From: Dehalococcoidia bacterium
GTDB taxonomy: Bacteria; Chloroflexota; Dehalococcoidia; E44-bin15
Assembly (NCBI GenBank): GCA_035528575.1
Contig: DATKYK010000024.1
Coordinates: forward strand, 66,420-130,419
Reading direction: 5' to 3'
Length of the DNA stretch: 64,000 bases
The notes below the pieces were generated by a model. That model was not told the origin of the DNA. It ran no database searches and saw only the letters and a program-made list of their open reading frames with translations. This document shows, in pieces, positions 1-9,330 of the stretch (position 1 is its first letter; the number at the start of each line of letters is the position of its first letter). A program made the translations under genes and the position numbers.

Positions 1-766
1 CCATGCTCCTTGGGTACATTGGCCAGAGACAATGCTTACCTATTTGAGAGAAGATAAAATATTTTTCACCTGTGATTTTCTGGGTTCTCATCTAGCCACA
101 ACAGACCTTTATTTAACTGACGAAGGGCAGGTCTATGAAGCAGCCAAGAGATACTTTGCGGAAATCATGATGCCCTTCCGAACGAATATCCAGAAGAACC
201 TGGAAAAAATAAAGGACTATGCAATTGACATCATCGCTCCTAGCCACGGGCCTATCCATGATAGACCGGAGTTCATCTTGAAAGCATATCATAGCTGGGT
301 CTTCGATGAACCTAAAAACATCGTTGTCTTGCCTTACATCTCAATGCATGGCAGCACCCATGAAATGGTAGGCTATCTTGTTGAAGCTTTAACCCAAAGA
401 GGCGTGACGGTGAAGCAATTCGATCTGACGGCAACAGATATCGGTAAACTCGCAATAGCTTTGGTGGATGCGGCGACTGTTATTATCGGTACCCCCACCG
501 TGCTAGCTGGTCCGCATCCAAACGTTGTATATGCTACCTTCCTGGCAAACGCCTTGAGGCCGAAGCTGAGCTTCGTCTCTGTTATTGGCTCTTACGGCTG
601 GGGGGGCAAGGCGGTTGAGCAACTCGCCGCGATGCTCACTAACCTGAAGGTAGAGATACTGGAGCCGGTGCTATGTAAAGGTTTCCCCACAAAAGACGAT
701 TTCAAGGCACTGGATAGTCTCGCAACTACTATTGCTGAAAAACACAAAGAGCACAACTTCACTTGA
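1..766 (+). CDS. Flavodiiron protein (FprA / rubredoxin:oxygen oxidoreductase family). 5'-truncated by the window edge; only the metallo-beta-lactamase-like and flavodoxin-like C-terminal part is present.
   Basis: The ORF is open from the window start. An HxHxD-like beta-lactamase remnant is followed by a flavodoxin-like segment with the motif VIGSYGWGG. Confidence 0.75.
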   Translation, partial: HAPWVHWPETMLTYLREDKIFFTCDFLGSHLATTDLYLTDEGQVYEAAKRYFAEIMMPFRTNIQKNLEKIKDYAIDIIAPSHGPIHDRPEFILKAYHSWVFDEPKNIVVLPYISMHGSTHEMVGYLVEALTQRGVTVKQFDLTATDIGKLAIALVDAATVIIGTPTVLAGPHPNVVYATFLANALRPKLSFVSVIGSYGWGGKAVEQLAAMLTNLKVEILEPVLCKGFPTKDDFKALDSLATTIAEKHKEHNFT

Positions 767-1047
767 TAGCATTCTACGAAATTATGTTAAAAATTAAATT
801 TCGAGATATTCTAAAAAGTCGAGAAACTGAGGGTAAGGAGAAACATGCCCCCATCATTTAGATTGATGGACTCAGGACTCGCATTAAAGTTCGTGCCCGA
901 TAAAGACGAAATAGAGAAATGTATTGACTTCGGCAAGATAATAGCGAAAAGTATCCATGAGACATAGTGCTTTATGTCGAGAAAAAACTTGTGTCTGCGA
1001 GAAATATGGATATGAGACACGACTAAGAATGAAAAGGGAGGTGGGAC

Positions 1048-1221
1048 ATGGTGCCTGATGACGAGAAAAAGACTTATATCTGCGAGAAATGTGGATGTGA
1101 AGCCGAGCTAAGGGTAAAAGAAGAGAAGGTCACGGATTCAAGCAAGGAAAGCCCGAAGCAGGCAACCCTGGTCTGCAAAGTTTGCCGAAGTGAAGCCGAT
1201 ACCATCTTCGAAGAGATTTAG
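1048..1221 (+). CDS. Small zinc-ribbon protein (about 57 aa) with two CxxC pairs.
   Basis: An ATG lies 7 nt after a GGAGGTG Shine-Dalgarno site. The sequence has CEKCGC...CKVCRS. It is below the 60-aa cutoff of the ORF track. Confidence 0.4.
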   Translation: MVPDDEKKTYICEKCGCEAELRVKEEKVTDSSKESPKQATLVCKVCRSEADTIFEEI

Positions 1222-1283
1222 CGTTAAAAGAGGTTCTTGAGATGTCGATACTACGATAGATCAACCTTATGAGGGATCTTAAT

Positions 1284-1739
1284 ATGAGTGATGAACTAAC
1301 CGAGTTACTAGAGACAGCAGTTTACAAAGAGGTTGCTGCCGAGGCGTTCTACTCAGCTGGGCAGAACAATACCGACGATCCCGGGGCCAAGGCATTGATG
1401 AAAGAGCTGGCAGAAGAGGAGCGTCGCCACGCGCATACGCTGAAAGATCTAAAAGAGAGGGACTGGAAAAAGGGACAGTGGCGCAGGGAGAAGATACACA
1501 ATCTGATGATAAGTGAGTACCTGACAGGCAGTGACAAGCTGGAAGGGGCCGGCTTGCAGGGCACGCTCGTTACTGCCATGAAGCGGGAGCAGCATGCTGT
1601 GGAGTTCTACTCCCGGATGATGAGCGCCCTCCGTGATGAGGAGGTCAAACACCTTTGCGAGAGGTTAGTCCACGACGAGCTGAAGCATAAATACAGGTTG
1701 GAGGTATTGTACGACACCCTCTTCTATCAGGAAGACTGA
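1284..1739 (+). CDS. Rubrerythrin/ferritin-like diiron-domain protein.
   Basis: An E..H helix pair pattern (EEERRHAHTL ... EVKHLCERLVHDELKH) is present. A GAGGGA Shine-Dalgarno site precedes an internal ATG. Confidence 0.6.
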   Translation: MSDELTELLETAVYKEVAAEAFYSAGQNNTDDPGAKALMKELAEEERRHAHTLKDLKERDWKKGQWRREKIHNLMISEYLTGSDKLEGAGLQGTLVTAMKREQHAVEFYSRMMSALRDEEVKHLCERLVHDELKHKYRLEVLYDTLFYQED

Positions 1740-1934
1740 TCCTGAATGCCTTCTATCCGAAATCCCTAACCAAAATAAGAATCCCTCCAGTGGATACGAG
1801 CGAGATTAGAGACGAAAAAAGGTGATGCAGGAGGTGGGCATTAACATCACTGGCCGATCGCCACTAGCCCTTACTCCGATGATGAGAGAGGGTGATGGAA
1901 TTAACAGAAATCTAGCCCACAGATGGAGGCTACG

Positions 1935-2474
1935 ATGTCCAAGGAAGTCGCTACACTCGCCGGTGGCTGTTTCTGGTGTCTTGAGGCTATTTTTGATAAA
2001 TTGAATGGTGTGGAGCAGGTGACATCAGGCTATTCGGGTGGTACTGTGGTAAACCCATCTTATAGTGAAGTGTGTAGGGGAACAACAGGGCATGCCGAGG
2101 CGGTTCAGATCACCTTTGATCCCAAGGTAACTTCCTTTAGAGAATTGCTGGAGGTTTTCTTTTCCATACATGACCCAACGACATTGAATAAACAGGGGTC
2201 GGATATAGGAACCCAGTATCGCTCTGCGATTTTCTATCATAATGATAGACAGAAGGTAATTACTGAGCAGGTAATCGAAGAATTGAACGCGGCAAGTGTT
2301 TGGGATGCTCCGATTGTTACAGAGGTCACGCCATTTAGGTCTTTCTATCCTGCAGAGGATTACCACCAAGAATACTTCATGCAAAACGCTGAACAACCTT
2401 ACTGCCTTGCCGTGATTGCGCCCAAGGTAGAGAAGTTTCGCAGACTTCATCATAACAAGCTGAAATATTTGTAG
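1935..2474 (+). CDS. msrA: Peptide-methionine (S)-S-oxide reductase MsrA.
   Basis: The GGCFWC active-site motif is present. A GGAGG Shine-Dalgarno site lies 5 nt upstream of the ATG at 1935. Confidence 0.9.
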   Translation: MSKEVATLAGGCFWCLEAIFDKLNGVEQVTSGYSGGTVVNPSYSEVCRGTTGHAEAVQITFDPKVTSFRELLEVFFSIHDPTTLNKQGSDIGTQYRSAIFYHNDRQKVITEQVIEELNAASVWDAPIVTEVTPFRSFYPAEDYHQEYFMQNAEQPYCLAVIAPKVEKFRRLHHNKLKYL

Positions 2475-2653
2475 AGCTAGCGCCATTAAAATGCGGGTGG
2501 CTATTATCTGCAACTTAGGCTATCGCGCAGCGACAAGAGCAAGGGTAACAAGGTTGCAGGACAATATGAGGTAATGAAAACCTATGAAGTGGGAATGTTT
2601 TTGGTAACAAGATCAAGGTTTATAGATTAGATTTGCAGTGAGGAATCAGTATT

Positions 2654-5332
2654 ATGGCAAAAGACCCGATATGCGGGATGGAGGTAGATGAGAAAACCGG
2701 GCTTCGGCTACAGTACGAGGGCGAGACTTACTACTTCTGTAGCCCGGGCTGCCGAGATAAATTTCTCTCCCAAAAGGGCTTGCTAGAGCCTATATCTAAC
2801 GAGCCAAAGCCTTCCGAGGAGCAAGAAGCGCTCAAACATCATTTAGAGAGAGCCACCCTATATATAAAGGGCATGCACTGTGCCGCCTGCGCAGTTACCA
2901 TAGAGTATTCTCTGAAAAAAGTAACCGGGGTCTCCAAAACTGCGGTGAACTTTGCCACTGAGAGGGCGTACGTGGAATACGACCCAGCGAAAGCGACTAC
3001 TCAGGAATTGGAGCAGGCGGTCGAAAAGGCAGGCTACAGCGTGATCAAGGAAGAAGCCGAGACGCTCAATCTCAAGGTGATCGGCATGGATAATGCTCAC
3101 TGCGTGGGCACCGTCGAGGCAGCGCTCAAGGGGATCAAGGGTATACTCTCCAGCCAGCTTTTCACCAATGAAAGGGCAATAATAGCCTTCGACCCGGCAT
3201 TGACTACCCCAGAAGCTATTAAAAAAGCAATAAAGGACGCTGGCTATACCCCTGTGGCAGAGACTACCGTTGACCGCGAGAAAGAGGCGCGGCAGCGTGA
3301 TATAAAGACCCTTAAAATAAAGCTCCTGGTGGCGGCAATTTTCGCTCTCCCCCTACTTTACTTTGCTATGGGCCACCATGTGGGGCTGCCCCTTCCCTCC
3401 CTTACCGATGGGAGTATGGCCCTGATCCAATTGCTGCTCGCAACCCCTATTGTGGCCGCCGGTTACCAGTTTTACACTGTGGGGCTCAGGACGGTGGTGA
3501 AGAACCGCAGTGCCAGTATGGATACTCTCATCGCCCTGGGCACCGGCACCGCCTATCTTTGGAGCCTAGCCTCGTCCATTTTGATATGGAGCGGTAATCC
3601 CAATTATGGAAGAGATGACCTTTACTATGAAATAGCGGGGATGCTTATCGCGTTTATCCTGCTCGGCAGGCTACTCGAGGCCCTTGCCAAGGGGAGAACC
3701 TCGGCTTCTATCCGCAAGCTTCTCGAACTACAGCCCAAAACAGCACTGGTGGTTAGAGATGAGCGGGAGCAAGAGATCCCAGTGGAGGAAGTCATCATGG
3801 GGGATGCGGTAATCGTAAAGCCAGGGGGTAGCGTCCCAGTAGACGGGGTAATTCTGGATGGAAGCTCTTCAGTTGACCAATCGCTCTTAACCGGTGAGAG
3901 CATCCCGGTAGAGAAGAACATCGGTGACGAGGTTATCGGCGGCACGATGAATAAGGGCGGATGGATCAAGTTCAAAGCCACCAAAGTGGGCAAAAACACC
4001 GCGCTGGCCCAGATCGTGAGGCTAGTAGAGGAGGCCCAGGGAAGTAAAGCCCCGGTACAGCGGCTGGCCGATAGGGTATCGGCCTATTTTGTCCCCGCTG
4101 TTTTGACTATTGGCGTGGTTACCTTTCTCGCCTGGTATCTATCGGGGTCCGGGCTGGTCTTTGGCCTCACCGCCTTTATCGCGGTACTTATTATTGCCTG
4201 CCCCTGTGCCCTTGGCCTGGCTACGCCTACAGCGGTAATAGTAGGAACTGGTCTTGGGGCAGAGAATGGCATCCTCATCAGGGACGCAGAGACTCTGGAG
4301 TGGGCCTGCCAGGTAGATACCATCGTATTCGATAAGACAGGAACACTGACCAGAGGCAAGCCCGAGGTCACGGATATAATCCCGCTCTCCAATCCTCAAT
4401 CCACCGATGACGTCCTGAAGCTGGCTGCCGCGGCTGAGAAGCGCTCGGAGCACCATCTCAGCGAGGCCATCGTTAGCAAGGCTGAGGAAAGGGAAATAGC
4501 TATTCCAGAGGTAGAGAGCTTCCTCGCTATACCGGGCAAGGGTGTGGAGGCAAGATATAACGGTACATCCATTCTTGTGGCAAACAGGAAGCTACTCGCT
4601 GACAAAGGCATAGATACGTCGGCTGCGGAGGAAAGGATAAGACAACTGGAGGAAGAAGGAAAAACAGTGGTGCTGGTAGCAACGGAGGGCAGGGTTATTG
4701 GGATAATTGCAGTTGCGGATACAGCAAAGGATTTTGCCGCCGAGACAGTTGCTGGGCTCAAGCGCCGAGGGAAGCAGGTGATCATGATCACCGGAGATAA
4801 TCGGGGGAGTGCGGAAAGTATCGCCCACAACCTGGGTATCGATCGGGTGCTGGCAGAGGTTTTGCCCCAGGATAAAGCCGCTGAGATAAAGAGGCTCCAG
4901 GAGCAGGGACATTCAGTAGCTATGGTTGGCGATGGTGTTAACGACGCACCGGCTTTGGTTCAGGCTGATGTCGGTATCGCTATCGGATCGGGTACCGATA
5001 TAGCTATCGAGTCGGGAGGCATAGTTCTAGTGAGAGATGACCTTCGAGACGTAGTTCGAACCCTGGACCTGAGCTGTTATACTATGCGTAAGATCAAGCA
5101 GAACCTCCTTTGGGCTTTTATCTACAATACCACAGGTATCCCGATCGCCGCCGGGATACTATATCCCTTCACCGGATTTTTACTCAATCCAATAATCGCC
5201 GGAGCAGCAATGGCCTTCAGTTCAGTAAGTGTGGTCACTAATTCCCTGAGTATGAGAAGATACCGTCTGCAAGAAAGTTTTAAGGAGGATAAAGGCGATG
5301 AACGAACAGGAAGCACTAAGCCTGGCTATTAA
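2654..5332 (+). CDS. copA: Copper-translocating P1B-type ATPase with an N-terminal TRASH/YHS-like domain and two heavy-metal-associated domains.
   Basis: The protein has DPICGM (TRASH), GMHCAACAV, a CPC transmembrane motif, DKTGTLT and GDGVNDAP. Confidence 0.9.
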   Translation: MAKDPICGMEVDEKTGLRLQYEGETYYFCSPGCRDKFLSQKGLLEPISNEPKPSEEQEALKHHLERATLYIKGMHCAACAVTIEYSLKKVTGVSKTAVNFATERAYVEYDPAKATTQELEQAVEKAGYSVIKEEAETLNLKVIGMDNAHCVGTVEAALKGIKGILSSQLFTNERAIIAFDPALTTPEAIKKAIKDAGYTPVAETTVDREKEARQRDIKTLKIKLLVAAIFALPLLYFAMGHHVGLPLPSLTDGSMALIQLLLATPIVAAGYQFYTVGLRTVVKNRSASMDTLIALGTGTAYLWSLASSILIWSGNPNYGRDDLYYEIAGMLIAFILLGRLLEALAKGRTSASIRKLLELQPKTALVVRDEREQEIPVEEVIMGDAVIVKPGGSVPVDGVILDGSSSVDQSLLTGESIPVEKNIGDEVIGGTMNKGGWIKFKATKVGKNTALAQIVRLVEEAQGSKAPVQRLADRVSAYFVPAVLTIGVVTFLAWYLSGSGLVFGLTAFIAVLIIACPCALGLATPTAVIVGTGLGAENGILIRDAETLEWACQVDTIVFDKTGTLTRGKPEVTDIIPLSNPQSTDDVLKLAAAAEKRSEHHLSEAIVSKAEEREIAIPEVESFLAIPGKGVEARYNGTSILVANRKLLADKGIDTSAAEERIRQLEEEGKTVVLVATEGRVIGIIAVADTAKDFAAETVAGLKRRGKQVIMITGDNRGSAESIAHNLGIDRVLAEVLPQDKAAEIKRLQEQGHSVAMVGDGVNDAPALVQADVGIAIGSGTDIAIESGGIVLVRDDLRDVVRTLDLSCYTMRKIKQNLLWAFIYNTTGIPIAAGILYPFTGFLLNPIIAGAAMAFSSVSVVTNSLSMRRYRLQESFKEDKGDERTGSTKPGY

Positions 5333-5822
5333 AAGAGAAAGGGAGGCCCACCGCTACTATAGCGATGCTGCTGCCAAGACTGCCAATGAGAGCGGTAGGA
5401 AGATGTTATCATGGCTGGCATCGGAGGAGAGGGGACATATAAACATACTGGAGAAGCAATGGGAAAAGGTTAAGGAAGATGGAACGTGGCTTTCGGAAGA
5501 AGGTTATTGCGAATATGGTGATATATCTCATCCTATCGAATGCACGGAATTTCCTTCAGCCTCAGAGGTCAAGTTTAAGCTTACTGAGGATGCCCCGGAA
5601 CTGGATATTCTAAAGCAAGCCATAGCTGCAGAGAGACAGGCGACTTCATTTTACACCGGTCTTGCTAAAAATACCCCAGATCCAAGTGGCAAGGCCATGT
5701 TTGAGAAGCTCTCCAAGGTTGAGCAAGGGCACCTGGATCTGCTGGAAGAGGAATATGAGTGGCTGAGGAGATCGAAAGAATATTTCACGGTACACCGCTT
5801 TACCTTGCCCTCCTCCGCGTGA
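5298..5822 (+). CDS. Ferritin-like/rubrerythrin-family protein with two ferritin-like half-domains.
   Basis: An AGGAGG Shine-Dalgarno site precedes the start. ExxH-type motifs occur in both halves. The gene overlaps the copA 3' end. Confidence 0.6.
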   Translation: MNEQEALSLAIKREREAHRYYSDAAAKTANESGRKMLSWLASEERGHINILEKQWEKVKEDGTWLSEEGYCEYGDISHPIECTEFPSASEVKFKLTEDAPELDILKQAIAAERQATSFYTGLAKNTPDPSGKAMFEKLSKVEQGHLDLLEEEYEWLRRSKEYFTVHRFTLPSSA

Positions 5823-5845
5823 TTTCTCGGTGAGAGGAGCCCAAA

Positions 5846-6553
5846 GTGAATATATGGACTACTGCCAAGGGAAGCCATCATCCCTTAGCCAGGCTTGAGG
5901 GCAAACCGCTTGGCGGGGCCACTATGGAAATAGAGCTTGGGCCCAAGAATCGCGTGGGTGCGCACTATTTTCGAATAAACTTGCGGGATCAGTTCGGTAA
6001 CACAAGTCAGCCTCTATTACTAGCGCTGCACCACTCCGGTCCCTATCCCAGCTATAACTGGGTTGAGGTGATAAAGCTGGTAAAAAATATTATTCACACG
6101 GAACGAGAGGTTATACTCTCGGATGCTGAAATAGAACGCCTTTTTCATTATCTCTCTGACCTTATCCCGCCCGGCGGACACATAATGGTAGAATACGAGA
6201 GTGAGGAGCAGGCGGAGACCAGGCTCGCCATCGGGTGCGGCATTCCCCCGGTAGCCACACCTTTGGGCAGTATGCTATTTCGGGTGGGCTGTGGCGTGGC
6301 CTTCAAAGACTGGCATTTTGCCGAGGGAGGCAGCGAAGGCCCGCGAAAGTTACAGGGATATAAAGCGCTTCATGAAGATCATCGCCGTGCCCGGGCTGCT
6401 GAGATGGCAGCGGAACTTCGCTCCTTTCTCCTCAGGGAAATGCCACCTAGCTGTTGCCAACTTTGGGAAGCAGCCCAGGAGCGGGCATTGCAGATACTAA
6501 ATATCCTATCCACTGATGATCCTTCCTTGGCCATAGCGGGAGGGAAAACGTGA
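5846..6553 (+). CDS. Conserved hypothetical protein. The start is uncertain, with an alternative internal Met.
   Basis: It is a long ORF with an upstream GAGAGGAG Shine-Dalgarno site. No confident family was recognised. Confidence 0.45.
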   Translation: MNIWTTAKGSHHPLARLEGKPLGGATMEIELGPKNRVGAHYFRINLRDQFGNTSQPLLLALHHSGPYPSYNWVEVIKLVKNIIHTEREVILSDAEIERLFHYLSDLIPPGGHIMVEYESEEQAETRLAIGCGIPPVATPLGSMLFRVGCGVAFKDWHFAEGGSEGPRKLQGYKALHEDHRRARAAEMAAELRSFLLREMPPSCCQLWEAAQERALQILNILSTDDPSLAIAGGKT

Positions 6554-6626
6554 GGAGGAGAGACGCCAAGATCGCCTATTTTAGTTGCCGTAGGCCCATA
6601 GGAAGCTGAAAGGAGGAAATCACCCC

Positions 6627-6857
6627 GTGACTACCGCATCACCCAAGTTGATCGAGTATGACAATATCCGATGGAATGCCTTCTGGTGCAAGCGTTGTCA
6701 CATCTGTGTGGAGGCCTGTCCCAGGCAGGCACTGGAGCTAAAGGACGATGCCATCATGGAGATAGAAGGCCGTTGTGACCGAACCGGCCTTTGCCAGAGA
6801 CTCTGTCCCGACCTAGCCATCGAGGTAATCAAGCCCAGGTCCCAGGAGGGACAATGA
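6627..6857 (+). CDS. 2-oxoacid:ferredoxin oxidoreductase delta subunit (2x[4Fe-4S] ferredoxin).
   Basis: The sequence has CKRCHICVEACP ... CDRTGLCQRLCP. An AGGAGG Shine-Dalgarno site is present. It overlaps the alpha-subunit start. Confidence 0.8.
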   Translation: MTTASPKLIEYDNIRWNAFWCKRCHICVEACPRQALELKDDAIMEIEGRCDRTGLCQRLCPDLAIEVIKPRSQEGQ

Positions 6858-7903
6858 TGAAGCACCTGGTTCAGGGCAATGAAGCATTCTTCCTCGGCAC
6901 CCTAAAGGCAGGCGCAAGCTTCTTCGCTGGCTACCCCATTAGCCCATCAACAGAGGTCCTGGTCATGGCCGCGGAACAGTCTGTCAAGGATCCAAACTTT
7001 AGGTTCATCCAGAGCGAGGACGAACTGGCTGCCGCCAATGCCATTATCGGCGCTTCGCTGGCCGGTGCCAAGTCTTTTACCGCAACTTCCGGTCCAGGCT
7101 TCACCCTGATGCAGGAGGCAATCGGCTACGCTCACGAGGTGGAGGTGCCGACGGTATTTCTAAATATTCAACGGGTGGGGCCAGCCACGGGGATGCCCAC
7201 CATGCCAGCACAGCAGGATATTGTGCAGACAAATTATGGTAGCAGCGGTGACTACTATCCCCTGGCTTTCTATCCCAACTCAGTTGCCGAGTGCTATCGT
7301 TATGCCATCACTGCGTTTAACGCCGCAGAAGAATCGCTGTCGCCCGTTGTCCTGCTCAGCGACGCCTTTGTGGGACATCTGAACGAGGTGGTCGACCTCG
7401 ATGTCATTAAGTTAGACGTTATCCCGCGTACCAGGCCACCTCTGGGGACCGGGAAGCGGTATTTTACCGGCCTGGCCCACGATGAGGAAGGTAACCCGCG
7501 AACTGCCGATGCCGGGGTGTATCGAGAATGGCTTACCAAAGTCAAGGCCCGACATGAAAAGGTGGCAGCCCACTATAGTGACTACGAGTTCAGCGGAAAC
7601 CCGGCGAGCGATACGCTACTCATTTCGTACGGTATCGTGTCGCGGGTGGTTGCCCCGCTCGGTTCCACCTTCGCGCTATTTCGGCCGATACGCATGTTCC
7701 CTATGCTCGGCGATGAGCTTCGTAACCATGCTCAGGGCTACGAGAAGGTTGCGGTCATCGAAGCCAACGATGGCCAGTATGCCTGTCTGGTGGAGCGGGA
7801 GCTTAAGAGAAATGTGATCCACGTACCGCTACTCGGCGGGAGGATCAACCTGGAGCTGGCCAAGCAAGGCTTGCGGGAAAAGCTTGAACGGGAGGTGTCT
7901 TGA
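6854..7903 (+). CDS. 2-oxoacid:ferredoxin oxidoreductase alpha subunit.
   Basis: It has GYPISPSTE and TATSGPGF motifs. It overlaps the delta-subunit stop by ATGA. Confidence 0.85.
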   Translation: MMKHLVQGNEAFFLGTLKAGASFFAGYPISPSTEVLVMAAEQSVKDPNFRFIQSEDELAAANAIIGASLAGAKSFTATSGPGFTLMQEAIGYAHEVEVPTVFLNIQRVGPATGMPTMPAQQDIVQTNYGSSGDYYPLAFYPNSVAECYRYAITAFNAAEESLSPVVLLSDAFVGHLNEVVDLDVIKLDVIPRTRPPLGTGKRYFTGLAHDEEGNPRTADAGVYREWLTKVKARHEKVAAHYSDYEFSGNPASDTLLISYGIVSRVVAPLGSTFALFRPIRMFPMLGDELRNHAQGYEKVAVIEANDGQYACLVERELKRNVIHVPLLGGRINLELAKQGLREKLEREVS

Positions 7904-8637
7904 TGTTCAAGGATCTTATTAAACTGGACACTTTGCCCACCAGTTGGTGTCCTGGCTGTGGGCTGGGGCAAATAATGATCCAGTTGGCGATGGTGATGGA
8001 TGAACTGGGACTTAATTATACTAACAGCACGGTTATATCCGGAGTGGGCTGCACCGGCAGGCTTGCCGGCTACATGAATGTCGATGGAGTATATACCTTA
8101 CATGGCCGCACGCTGCCCGTTGCTGAGGCTGTGAAGCTGGTGAACCCGGATCTCAAGGTGATAGTGGTCTCCGGAGACGGCGATCTGGCCAGCATCGGCG
8201 GCAACCACCTGCTGCATGCTACCCGGCGTAACCCGGACCTGACCTTGCTCTGTAATAATAATAATGTCTACGCCCTCACCGGAGGTCAGGCGGGGCCGAC
8301 AACTCCCCGCGACACCAAAACGGTGAGTTCACCTGCCGGCGCTGCCTATGATCCGGTAAATCTACAGAACCTGATGAAAGCCGGTTCTAGGTACTTCTAC
8401 GCCAAGACAACTGTATACCATCAACTCCACCTCCGCAACTGCATGAAGGAGGCGATTGCCTGGCCAGGCTTTGCCTTTATAGATATCGCCTGCCACTGCA
8501 TTGAGAACAACGGGCGCCGGCTGGGGTTCAACTCATCGTATGAAATGCTGCAGCACTTCCGCAGAACATATAAAAGGGCACCTGACGGTACCGAGACCCT
8601 GAGTCCCGAGGAAATCGGGATCGTCCGCCGCGGGTAG
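7900..8637 (+). CDS. 2-oxoacid:ferredoxin oxidoreductase beta subunit (TPP-binding).
   Basis: It has WCPGCG and GDGD TPP-binding motifs. A GGGAGGTG Shine-Dalgarno site precedes the start. Confidence 0.9.
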   Translation: MMFKDLIKLDTLPTSWCPGCGLGQIMIQLAMVMDELGLNYTNSTVISGVGCTGRLAGYMNVDGVYTLHGRTLPVAEAVKLVNPDLKVIVVSGDGDLASIGGNHLLHATRRNPDLTLLCNNNNVYALTGGQAGPTTPRDTKTVSSPAGAAYDPVNLQNLMKAGSRYFYAKTTVYHQLHLRNCMKEAIAWPGFAFIDIACHCIENNGRRLGFNSSYEMLQHFRRTYKRAPDGTETLSPEEIGIVRRG

Positions 8638-8650
8638 AAAGGAGTCCGCA

Positions 8651-9223
8651 ATGGTAAAGGTCTTCATCTCAGGAGAGGGGGGTCAGGGAGTGCGGGTGAT
8701 ATCTCATAGCCTGGCAACACTGCTGGCCAACCTCGGTTACGAGGTAAGCCTGCTCTATGATTACGACTCAGCAGTAAGAGGCGCTATGAGCGTAGCCTAC
8801 CTCACCTTCGATAAAGAGCCCATCGCCAACCCGGTGATTCAAGATGCCGATATCCTGCTTAAACTCTCCAACAAGGCAGAGGGACTTCACGCAGTAAAGA
8901 CGGTGTGCCAGACGGGACTCTGCACCGATGAGGAAATCCCCTTCAGCAGGCTGGGAATAGAGCAATTCGGCAGAGAGATCTTCGGCAACATGATTGCACT
9001 GGGACGCTTAATGGCCCTGGTAGATGTTAAAATATCTGAAGAGGAGTTGGCCAACGTGCTCCCCCTTAAATACAGGGAGGAAAACCTGAGTGCGGTCCAA
9101 TTTGGCTATCATCTAAAGGAGGAGGACCTGGAACGGGGGCTCAACTCCAGGAAGAAACGCGAGTTTGATTTCTCCAGTAAGCAGCCTGGTGAAATAGGAC
9201 TAGAAGCTGAAAGTCAGGCCTGA
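8651..9223 (+). CDS. 2-oxoacid:ferredoxin oxidoreductase gamma subunit.
   Basis: The GEGGQG motif is present. An AAAGGAG Shine-Dalgarno site precedes the start. Confidence 0.85.
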   Translation: MVKVFISGEGGQGVRVISHSLATLLANLGYEVSLLYDYDSAVRGAMSVAYLTFDKEPIANPVIQDADILLKLSNKAEGLHAVKTVCQTGLCTDEEIPFSRLGIEQFGREIFGNMIALGRLMALVDVKISEEELANVLPLKYREENLSAVQFGYHLKEEDLERGLNSRKKREFDFSSKQPGEIGLEAESQA

Positions 9224-9330
9224 CCAGACAGCATCGACCACGTTCTTAATATCAATTAGATTCGAGCACGCTTGTTCGTGAAAATATTTGCCTTGGTGAC
9301 CCAATATCCGAATAATTAAGGAGGAAGTAC

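Noticed and set aside
811-1020. Minus-strand 69-aa ORF.
   Set aside because: It overlaps the intergenic duplication scar, is low-complexity, and has no Shine-Dalgarno site. It is probably spurious.
2858-5316. Multiple antisense ORFs inside copA and other large genes. Examples are 3625-3999, 4396-4830, 9427-9828, 17289-17924, 19435-19935, 51945-52382 and 54629-55255.
   Set aside because: They are entirely embedded in well-supported genes on the opposite strand. This is typical of GC-rich antisense frames, and they lack start signals.
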